Source: Terriglobales bacterium | GTDB lineage: Bacteria; Acidobacteriota; Terriglobia; Terriglobales; Acidobacteriaceae | Assembly: GCA_035308585.1 (NCBI GenBank) | Contig: DATGGJ010000099.1 | Location: 1 to 39,410 of the forward strand | DNA: 39,410 bases | Direction: 5' to 3' | Part shown: piece by piece, positions 19,737 to 27,312 of the stretch | Layout of the letters: each line of letters starts with the position of its first letter | Position numbering within the stretch: the first letter of the stretch is position 1 | Notes under the pieces: model-generated | What the model was told of the DNA's origin: nothing | What the model saw: only the letters and a program-made list of their open reading frames with translations | Databases searched by the model: none | Translations under genes and position numbers: made by a program

Positions 19737-21440
19737 CTACGAGCGCCTTACCAGGCGCAATTTGCGCGGGGTGGAGTAGTCCTGGTCCGGGGACGGGAAC
19801 GTGCTTTCGAGGGGAACCCCGGCTGCAGCTCCAGGATGAGCTTCGGCGAGAGCGGGAGCGGGCTGTCCAGAGGCTGTAGGCGCGGTCAGGAAGAAACTCC
19901 ACGCTGCTGCCAGCAGGAAGAAGATCACAATAAAAGGACGGTTGGCAGCGATGAATGCCAGTATCAAATCGGTCCAGACGGCGGACGCGGGCGGGAGATC
20001 GGCGTTCCCGGCGGGCATGAGCGCGATGCTCCGGGTTGCCGTGGTGGTAGTGATCGAGGCCGCGGCAGTGGCCGGGGAGGGAGAGGACACCCCGCTCAAA
20101 CCGTTGACGTAGCTGGAAATTCCGTCGTAGAGAGCCTGGGCGATTTGCTGGCGGTAATGAGAACTCTTGAGATTGCCTTCGTCCTGGGAATTGCTCAAGA
20201 ATGAAATTTCGGTCAGGATGGCGGGCATGTTAGCGCCGGTGAGCACGATGAACGGCGCTTCGCGCACGCCGCGGTTGCGCTCGCCGGAGAGATTGTGGGC
20301 GAGCCCCGTCTGCACGTCATCGGCGAATTCATGCGATTCGGCGATGCGGTTCTGCTGAGCGATTTTTTGCACCAGGTCGCGCAATTCACTCACCGGACGG
20401 CGGGAAACCGTGTTCTCGCGGGCAGCCACTTCCAGGGATTCGGCGGAGGTGGTGAAGTTCAGGTAATAGGTTTCGACTCCGCGGGCGTCGCGGTCGGGGC
20501 TGGAGTTGGCGTGGATGGAAACGAACAGGTCCGCGCCTTCACGGTTGGCGATGGCGGTGCGCGCTTCCAGGGGCAGGTAGCGGTCGGTGGCGCGGGTGTA
20601 GATGACCTCCGCCCCCAGGCCCTGCAGCAGTTTGCCCAGGCGCAGGGCCACATCAAGGACAACATCCTTCTCAAACAGGCCGTCGGGGCTCATGGTGCCG
20701 TGGTCATCGCCGCCATGGCCGGGGTCAATCACAATTTTGCCGATCTTCAGGCCGAGAGCGCGAATCAGAGAGCGGTCACCGTTGCCGTCGGGCCGGGCTT
20801 CGTGGGCATCGGAAAAAGCCCGTCGCGCGGTGGCCGGATTCACCTGCGCCAGGCGCACGCCCGGACTGCTGTCGCTGCCCACGACTTTGGGTGGATCAAC
20901 GGTAATTGAGGGGACAATCTGGGCGCTGGCGGCGGCATCCACGTTACGCGATTGGCCGGCGGCACGGTGGAAAGTGATTTCCAGCCGATAAGGATCGGGC
21001 ACCAGGTTGACCGAATACTCCACCGGCCGGTCCAGGTCCAGGGCTACCCGCGTGGTGCCCTTTTCCACATCGCCTACGCGAATGTCGGTGAGAAAGCCAT
21101 CCTGCCCGCTGAGCTTTTTAGCGAGGACGCCGGGCGCGACCGTGACGTTTTCGAGATCGAAATAGAGCCGTTCAGGGGCGATGAGGTGGGCGAATTTGTA
21201 CTTGACCGGCCCGCCCAAGTCTATGGCCACGTGGGTGACGTCGGCGCTCGACCAGTGGCGTAGACCGATAACTGTTACCGGCCGCCCGTTAGCCGGGGCA
21301 GTGGATTCCGCTGCTGGCGATTTGTGTTTGGGCGTGGATTTGTTACGCGCGGCAACGCTCCCCGGCAGGCCGAGAACGGCCAGCATCAGGGCGGTGATAA
21401 CGAGCGACTGAGCGAGCGAAAATGGAAGCGGCGTCCGCAA
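19737..21440 (-). CDS. N-acetylmuramoyl-L-alanine amidase (AMIN + Amidase_3) with a long C-terminal extension
   Basis: It has a signal/anchor sequence, an AMIN-like VTVIGLRHWSSADVTHVAIDL region, and Amidase_3 motifs IVIDPGHGGDDHGT and FVSIHANS. About 130 extra C-terminal residues include a hydrophobic helix. The start (TTG 21440) is uncertain. Confidence 0.82.
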   Translation of the reverse strand: MRTPLPFSLAQSLVITALMLAVLGLPGSVAARNKSTPKHKSPAAESTAPANGRPVTVIGLRHWSSADVTHVAIDLGGPVKYKFAHLIAPERLYFDLENVTVAPGVLAKKLSGQDGFLTDIRVGDVEKGTTRVALDLDRPVEYSVNLVPDPYRLEITFHRAAGQSRNVDAAASAQIVPSITVDPPKVVGSDSSPGVRLAQVNPATARRAFSDAHEARPDGNGDRSLIRALGLKIGKIVIDPGHGGDDHGTMSPDGLFEKDVVLDVALRLGKLLQGLGAEVIYTRATDRYLPLEARTAIANREGADLFVSIHANSSPDRDARGVETYYLNFTTSAESLEVAARENTVSRRPVSELRDLVQKIAQQNRIAESHEFADDVQTGLAHNLSGERNRGVREAPFIVLTGANMPAILTEISFLSNSQDEGNLKSSHYRQQIAQALYDGISSYVNGLSGVSSPSPATAAASITTTTATRSIALMPAGNADLPPASAVWTDLILAFIAANRPFIVIFFLLAAAWSFFLTAPTASGQPAPALAEAHPGAAAGVPLESTFPSPDQDYSTPRKLRLVRRS

Positions 21441-21506
21441 ATCCTTCGAGGCCCAACCGGTTACACCCGGAAATTGCCTGACAGTTTATACCGGAAGGCG
21501 GGGAAT

Positions 21507-23105
21507 TCAAACGGCACGTTCGGGGGATGCCGGTTGAGCGGCACGCAATAGGAAACGCTGCACTTTGCCGGTCGCGGTTTTGGGCAGTTCGGCCACAAAT
21601 TCCACCCAATACGGCCGTTTGTGGGAGGCAAGGCTCGCGGCCACATGATCTTGCAGCTGGCGCGCAAGGTCGGGGGAGCCGAAAGACCCGTTGGCTAAAA
21701 CGATGTAGGCAGCCGGTTTGACGAGTTGGTCGTGGTCCTGGCGGCCGACCACCGCCGCTTCCCTGACCGCGGGATGCTCCAGAAGGGCGTTCTCGACTTC
21801 AATGGGGCTGACCCATAAGCCGTTTACTTTCATCATGTCGTCGGAGCGCCCGGCGTACCAGAAATAGCCGTCCTCGTCCTGGTAGTACTTGTCTCCAGTG
21901 CGCAGCCATTGGCCCAGGAAGGTATCTTTGCTCCTTTCGTGCTGGTTCCAATAGCCGGCGCAGACGGCGTCGCTCCGGATCAGCAGGTCGCCGATTTCGC
22001 CCGTCGCCACCGGACGGCCGCTCTCATCCACCAGGCGGGCCTCGCAGCCGGGAATAATCTGGCCGCTGGAGCCGGGGCGGGCCGCTCCCGGCCGGTTGGC
22101 TATAAACATGTGCAGGGCTTCGGTGGAGCCGATGGCATCGAGAATTTCAACCCCGAAGCGCTGCTGGAAGCGGCGGAAAATGGAGGCGGGCAGGGCCTCG
22201 CCGGCGGAAACACCGTAACGCACCGAGGAGAGGTCGAACTCCGGCCCGCCTTCGCGGTAATGGGTGAGCAGGGCGGCGTAGTTGGTGGGCACGGAGAAAA
22301 GGAGCGAAGGACAGTGGCGCTCAATGACGGCGAAGATCTCGGCGGGGCGGGGCCGCTCGGGCAGAAGGATGCTGGTGCCGCCCACCGCCAGGGGGAAATA
22401 AAGCCCGTTGCCCAGGCCGTAAGCAAAATACAGTTTGGCCACGCTGAAGCAGCGGTCGTCCGCGGTCATGCGCAGAACGCCTTTAGCGTAGAGTTCGGAG
22501 GCGACCACCATGTCGTGCTGCAGGTGCACGCAACCCTTGGGAGCGCCGGTGCTGCCCGAAGAATAGAGCCAAAATGCGGCGTCGTCCTTGCTGGTAGGGG
22601 CAGGTTCCAGATGAGGAGAGTTCTCGTGCAGCAGGTGGAAGAAGGAGTGCATGCCGCCGGGAGCGGAGCCGACCACAATGATGTGCTGCAGATAACGCAG
22701 GCGGTCAGCGGGAATGCGATGAACCTGCGACAGCAATTCTTCGTGCACGATGGCGACACGGGCGCGGCAATCGTTGAGCAGGTAGGTGTAGTCCTCGGGC
22801 CCGAGCATAGTGTTCGCGGGAACGGCGACGGCGCCAATCTTGATGACGCCGAAAAAGCTGTAGGCAAATTCGGGAGTGTCGAGCAGGAGGAGAAAAACGC
22901 GTTCCTCGGGGCGAACGTTCAGGCTGAGCAGAGCGTTGCCCAGGCGGTTCACCCGCTCTTCCAGTTGGGCATAGGTAACGCGCTGCTCGCCGCACTCAAT
23001 GGCGATTTTGCTGGCGCGGCCTCCGCGCAGGTGGCGGTCAACAAAATACGTAGCGGCGTTGAATTCCTGGGGCAGGTCCAGCGCGGGGGTAGGTGGGTGG
23101 AGCAT
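21507..23105 (-). CDS. Benzoate-CoA ligase family (aryl/acyl-CoA, AMP-forming) ligase
   Basis: 532 aa. The N-terminal FNAATYFVDRH, the AMP-binding WLYSSGSTGAPKG, and the C-terminal PKTATGKVQR are typical of benzoate/4-hydroxybenzoate-CoA ligases. Confidence 0.83.
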   Translation of the reverse strand: MLHPPTPALDLPQEFNAATYFVDRHLRGGRASKIAIECGEQRVTYAQLEERVNRLGNALLSLNVRPEERVFLLLLDTPEFAYSFFGVIKIGAVAVPANTMLGPEDYTYLLNDCRARVAIVHEELLSQVHRIPADRLRYLQHIIVVGSAPGGMHSFFHLLHENSPHLEPAPTSKDDAAFWLYSSGSTGAPKGCVHLQHDMVVASELYAKGVLRMTADDRCFSVAKLYFAYGLGNGLYFPLAVGGTSILLPERPRPAEIFAVIERHCPSLLFSVPTNYAALLTHYREGGPEFDLSSVRYGVSAGEALPASIFRRFQQRFGVEILDAIGSTEALHMFIANRPGAARPGSSGQIIPGCEARLVDESGRPVATGEIGDLLIRSDAVCAGYWNQHERSKDTFLGQWLRTGDKYYQDEDGYFWYAGRSDDMMKVNGLWVSPIEVENALLEHPAVREAAVVGRQDHDQLVKPAAYIVLANGSFGSPDLARQLQDHVAASLASHKRPYWVEFVAELPKTATGKVQRFLLRAAQPASPERAV

Positions 23106-23165
23106 GAAGTTTGGCGGCTTTTCGTTCCGCCTTCAGGACGAAAGCTGCAAGACTGGAAAATGCAT

Positions 23166-23224
23166 GGGTCCCTCGCTCGCGCTCCCTGGCGAAGCACAGA
23201 CGCGCTCACTCAGGATGACATCCT
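23166..23224. repeat. CTCAGGATGAC-type REP-like element
   Basis: gggtccctcgctcgcgctccctggcgaagcacagacgcgctcactcaggatgacatcc includes the 11-nt palindrome ggatgacatcc (23213-23223). It resembles a widely dispersed bacterial intergenic repeat, judged from memory. Confidence 0.4.
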
Positions 23225-23251
23225 ATTTCTACTGCCGCTTTGAGTGCGATG

Positions 23252-24106
23252 TCACTTGCGTTTAGCGGCGAGCGCCTCCTGCAGAGCGCGGCGCGTGTAG
23301 ACCTGCGCCAGGTGGCGGCGATACTCCGCCGAGGCGTAATTGTCGCCCAAGGCCTCAACCTTATCGGCCGCATACCTGGCTGCTTCCGCGAGGGCGCTGG
23401 CCGGCTTGCCACGTAAGGCAGCTTCGACCGCGGTGGCGCGATAGGCGATTTCGCCCACGCCGGTAATGCCCACGGCCACTTCATCAATCTTTGCGTTCGA
23501 GCCGCGGACCACGACGGCAACGCCCACCACGGCGTAGCCGGAAGCGGGATGAGCAAACTTCTTGTAAACCGTTCCCGCGCCGGTAGTCTTGGGCACGCGA
23601 ATTTCGGTGATGATCTCGTCCGGGCGCAGCGCGCTGGTAAACATTCCGGTAAAGAATTCGCGCGCGGGAATCACCCGCTCGCCGGATTGGCTGGCGGTGA
23701 CAATGCGCGCGTCGAGGGCCAGAACCGCCGCCGGGTAATCGGCGGAAGGATGAGCCTGGGCGAGGCTGCCGCCGATGGTGCCGCGATTGCGCACCTGGAT
23801 GTCGCCGATATTGCCGGCAGCCTGGGCCAGCAGGGGCGAGGAAGCAAGCAGCAACTGGGAGGAAGCCACCGTGCCGTGCGTGGTGAGGGCGCCGATGCTG
23901 ATGGTATCGCCGGCATCGCGAATGTAGTCGAGCCCGCCAATGCGGCCCAGATCAATCAGCAGCGGCGGGTTGGCCAGGCGCAGCTTCATGGCGGGCAGCA
24001 GGCTATGGCCGCCGGCCAGCAGCTTGGCGTCCTCGTGCGACGCGAGCAGGCTGAGCGCTTCGTTCAGGGTCTTGGGCGATTCGTAATCGAACGATGCCGG
24101 AATCAT
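23252..24106 (-). CDS. Xanthine-dehydrogenase-family FAD-binding (medium, CoxM-like) subunit
   Basis: The start is ATG 24106, in an ATGA overlap with the large-subunit stop. LLAGGHSLLPAMKLRL and VRNRGTIGGSLA are FAD-binding motifs. The protein has no Cys residues at all. Confidence 0.88.
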   Translation of the reverse strand: MIPASFDYESPKTLNEALSLLASHEDAKLLAGGHSLLPAMKLRLANPPLLIDLGRIGGLDYIRDAGDTISIGALTTHGTVASSQLLLASSPLLAQAAGNIGDIQVRNRGTIGGSLAQAHPSADYPAAVLALDARIVTASQSGERVIPAREFFTGMFTSALRPDEIITEIRVPKTTGAGTVYKKFAHPASGYAVVGVAVVVRGSNAKIDEVAVGITGVGEIAYRATAVEAALRGKPASALAEAARYAADKVEALGDNYASAEYRRHLAQVYTRRALQEALAAKRK

Positions 24107-26520
24107 GCGGACCTCCTGGCGGTGCGGGCGGAAGATTTGGTGATTGCCGCCGGCGGCGGGACGGCGGCTTGGGCGGCGGCGATGGCGCGCCACACCCGCT
24201 CCGGTTTGAGCGGCATATCAATGTTGGTGATACCAAGCGGCGCCAGCGCATCGCACACCGCATTCACCACGCAAGGCGTGGAGGCAATGGTGCCGGCCTC
24301 GCCCACCCCTTTCACGCCCATGGGATTCACCGGTGTGGGCGTGACCGTGCGGTCAAGGATGAACTCGGGAATGTGAATTGCTTTAGGGACGGCATAATCC
24401 ATTAGCGAGCCGGTGACCGGCTGGCCGTCCTCGTTGTAAACCATTTCCTCGTACATGGCCTGGCTCAAGCCCTGGGCGATGCCGCCCTGCACCTGGCCAT
24501 CCACCAGCAGGGGATTGATGACGTTGCCGCAGTCGTCTACGGCAACATACTTCTCAATTTTGGTTTCACCGGTCTCCGCGTCCACCTCCACCGCGCAGAT
24601 GTGGGTGCCGAAGGGGAAGGTGAAGTTGGAAGGTTCGAAGAAATGGGTGGCTTCCATGCCCGGCTCGAAGCCGGCAGGAATGCTGCGGGCGGTGTAGGCG
24701 GCCAGGATGACCTCGCCCCAGGACATGGACTTCTTGGGATTGCCCTTTACGCCGACCCGGCCATGAGCAATCACGATGTCTGCGGCCTTGGCGCCGAGCA
24801 AATGCGCGGCCAGGGTAGCGATCTTGGCTTTCAGTTTCTGAACGGCATAGTAGATGGCGGTGCCGCCCACGGCGGTGCCCCGGCTGCCGAAGGTGCCGAT
24901 TCCATAGGGCACAGCCAGCGTGTCGCCGTGAATGACGGTGATGTCTTCTGGGCTGATGCCGAACTGGTCGGCCACCAGTTGCGCGAAGGTGGTTTCCTGA
25001 CCCTGTCCGTGCGGCGAAGCCCCGGTCAGCACAGTAACCTTGCCGGTCGGCTCAATGCGCACGGTGCCGCTTTCCCATCCGCCGGCGGGCGTGGCCGCCG
25101 AGGGCCCAATGGCGCAGATCTCCACGTAGGTGGAAACGCCCACGCCGTAGTACTTGCCCTGCTTCCAGCCGGCTTTCTGGCGGGCGCGCAGCTTGTCATA
25201 ACCGGCAAGCTGCAGGGCGCGTTTCAGGCTCTGCTGGTAATTGGCGGAGTCGTAAGTTAGGCCGGCGGCGGTGGTGAAGGGAAATTCCCTGGGCTGGGGA
25301 AAGTTTTTGCTGCGGAACCTGGCCGCATCCAGGTTGAGTTCACGGGCGGCGCAGTCCATGATGCGCTCGATATCGTAGGCGGCTTCGGGCCGGCCGGCGC
25401 CGCGGTAGGCGTCGGTGGACATCTTGTTGGTGAAGACGCCGATGATTTCGCAGTCGAAGGCGGGAATCTTGTAGCAACCCGGCAGCATGAGCGCGGTGAG
25501 CTGCGGAATGAGCGGCGTGAGCAGTTGGTGGTAGGCGCCCATGTCGGCCAGGACTTTGGCGCGCAGGCCGAGAATGGTGCCGTCCTTCTTGAGCGCGAGT
25601 TCGAGGTAGTTGATGGTGTCGCGGCCGTGAATGGTCACCAGCAGGCTTTCCCGGCGGGTCTCCGTCCACTTGACCGGGCGGCCCAGCTTCATGGCCAGCC
25701 AGGGAACCACGCCATCCTCGGCGTAGACGTTGAGCTTGCTGCCGAAGCCGCCGCCCACTTCGGGAGCGATGACGCGCACCGCAGTTTCCGGCAGGCCGAC
25801 CATAATCGCTACCTGGGTCTTGAGCAGATGGGGAATCTGAGTGGAGGCCCAGATGGTGAGCCGGTTTTCGCCGGGCAGATATTCGGCGACGATGGCACGC
25901 GGTTCCATGGCGGTCGGCGCCACACGCTGGTTCAGCAGACGGACCTTGACCACGCGGTCGGCTTTCTTAAGGGCGGCGTTGATGTCGCCACTCTTCATGG
26001 AGTGAGTGAAAGCCTTGTTGCTGCCGAAGTCCTGGTAGATAAGAGCACTGTCTTTTTCCAGCGCTTTCTCCATGTCCAGCACGACGGGAAGGGGCTCGTA
26101 ATCCACGGCGACCATTTCGGCGGCATCGCGGGCGGTGTAGGGGTCCTCGGCGACCACGGCGGCCACCGGTTCACCCACGTAGCGAACGTGCCCCTTGGCC
26201 AGTGCCGGGTGGGGAGGAACCTTGAGGTCGGGCATCTGCATGGCGCAGGGAATCATGCCCAAGCCTTCCAAGTCGGCCGAGGTTACCACCGCCAGGACGC
26301 CGGGATGGGAGCGTGCGGCATCCGCATTGATGGACAGAATGCGGGCGTGGGCGTGCGGCGAGCGCACGAAGACGCAGTGCGCCAGGTTCGGCAGCTTGAT
26401 ATCGTCGGTGTAGTGGCTGATGCCGCGCACCAGGCGCGGGTCCTCTTTGCGCTTGAAGCGCTTGCCTACCCACTGCCCGTTGCTCTTAGCTTTGCCGTTG
26501 CTCTTTCCATTGCTGGCCAT
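24103..26520 (-). CDS. Xanthine-dehydrogenase-family molybdopterin-binding large subunit (form-II CoxL-like)
   Basis: 805 aa. It carries the AYRGAGR active-site loop (in ...MSTDAYRGAGRPEAAY...). GAGGTG lies upstream of the start. Confidence 0.92.
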   Translation of the reverse strand: MASNGKSNGKAKSNGQWVGKRFKRKEDPRLVRGISHYTDDIKLPNLAHCVFVRSPHAHARILSINADAARSHPGVLAVVTSADLEGLGMIPCAMQMPDLKVPPHPALAKGHVRYVGEPVAAVVAEDPYTARDAAEMVAVDYEPLPVVLDMEKALEKDSALIYQDFGSNKAFTHSMKSGDINAALKKADRVVKVRLLNQRVAPTAMEPRAIVAEYLPGENRLTIWASTQIPHLLKTQVAIMVGLPETAVRVIAPEVGGGFGSKLNVYAEDGVVPWLAMKLGRPVKWTETRRESLLVTIHGRDTINYLELALKKDGTILGLRAKVLADMGAYHQLLTPLIPQLTALMLPGCYKIPAFDCEIIGVFTNKMSTDAYRGAGRPEAAYDIERIMDCAARELNLDAARFRSKNFPQPREFPFTTAAGLTYDSANYQQSLKRALQLAGYDKLRARQKAGWKQGKYYGVGVSTYVEICAIGPSAATPAGGWESGTVRIEPTGKVTVLTGASPHGQGQETTFAQLVADQFGISPEDITVIHGDTLAVPYGIGTFGSRGTAVGGTAIYYAVQKLKAKIATLAAHLLGAKAADIVIAHGRVGVKGNPKKSMSWGEVILAAYTARSIPAGFEPGMEATHFFEPSNFTFPFGTHICAVEVDAETGETKIEKYVAVDDCGNVINPLLVDGQVQGGIAQGLSQAMYEEMVYNEDGQPVTGSLMDYAVPKAIHIPEFILDRTVTPTPVNPMGVKGVGEAGTIASTPCVVNAVCDALAPLGITNIDMPLKPERVWRAIAAAQAAVPPPAAITKSSARTARRSA

Positions 26521-26532
26521 GCATCACCTCGC

Positions 26533-27033
26533 TCAGTCAGCGGCGCGGGCTGCCGCGCGCTGGCGCTGGTTCATCTTGCGGGAGGCCGCTTTCACGGCGT
26601 TGACGATGTGCTGGTAGCCGGTGCAGCGGCAGAGATTGCCCCCTATGCCGTCGCGGATCTCCTCTTCGGTGGGGGAAGCGTTCTGCTGCAGCAGGTCATG
26701 GGCGCACAGGATCATGCCCGGGGTGCAGTAGCCGCACTGCAAGCCGTGCTCCTCCCAGAACGCCTCCTGGATGGGATGCAGGTTCTCGCTCGCTGCCAGC
26801 CCTTCAATAGTGGTGACGGAGCGGCCGTCGGCTTGCACCGCCAGCACGGTGCAGGACTTCACCGCCATGCCATCGAGCAGCACGGTGCAGGCGCCGCACA
26901 GCGAGGTCTCGCAGCCGATGTGAGTTCCGGTAAGCCCGGCCACTTCACGCAGGAAATGAACCAGCAGCAGGCGAGGCTCGACTTCAGCGCGGTGCTCAGC
27001 GCCGTTGATGACGATGCGGACGTTCTTCTTCAT
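26533..27033 (-). CDS. (2Fe-2S)-binding small subunit (CoxS-like)
   Basis: The start is ATG 27033 ([12 protein letters not shown]). [16 protein letters not shown] and CGYCTPGMI...CRCTGY are the two [2Fe-2S] motifs. Confidence 0.9.
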   Translation of the reverse strand: MKKNVRIVINGAEHRAEVEPRLLLVHFLREVAGLTGTHIGCETSLCGACTVLLDGMAVKSCTVLAVQADGRSVTTIEGLAASENLHPIQEAFWEEHGLQCGYCTPGMILCAHDLLQQNASPTEEEIRDGIGGNLCRCTGYQHIVNAVKAASRKMNQRQRAAARAAD

Positions 27034-27126
27034 AAGGCCCCCAAGGGAAAGAGAAGGTATGCAGGGGTGCGGACTAACGGGCGCCAACGATAGCAAAATG
27101 CGAGGACCATTTACAAGTCGGCTGGC

Positions 27127-27144
27127 TGCACTGAAATCAGTGCA
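27127..27144. promoter_or_regulatory. Perfect palindrome TGCACTG-AAAT-CAGTGCA upstream of coxS-like operon
   Basis: A 7-bp inverted repeat with a 4-nt spacer lies about 95 nt upstream of the coxS-like start, in the divergent spacer shared with the TonB-dependent receptor. Confidence 0.35.
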
Positions 27145-27312
27145 CACTGGCGCGGGATCACATGGCGAGCCGGCCTCGGAATAAGGGGTGCCTGGGCCTG
27201 CCTAATGTCCTGTAGGGCATACTCTTTTTAAGGTTTCCTTAATCTGCGCCGGAGTACCCTCCCCCGCAGATTCTCACCTGAATTTCTGGCCAAACCCTTA
27301 AGGAGTTGCCCA

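Noticed and set aside
23252-27033. Assignment as aerobic CO dehydrogenase (coxSLM) or as 4-hydroxybenzoyl-CoA reductase (hcrCAB)
   Set aside because: The large subunit has AYRGAGR rather than the form-I AYxCSFR loop. The FAD subunit has no cysteines, so it cannot carry the HcrB-type [4Fe-4S] insertion. It is kept as a generic XDH-family hydroxylase.
27148-27312. Cobalamin or other riboswitch in the leader of the TonB-dependent receptor
   Set aside because: No B12-box-like sequence is present. The only features are a short AUGUCC-UGUA-GGGCAU hairpin and an ordinary AAGGAG RBS.
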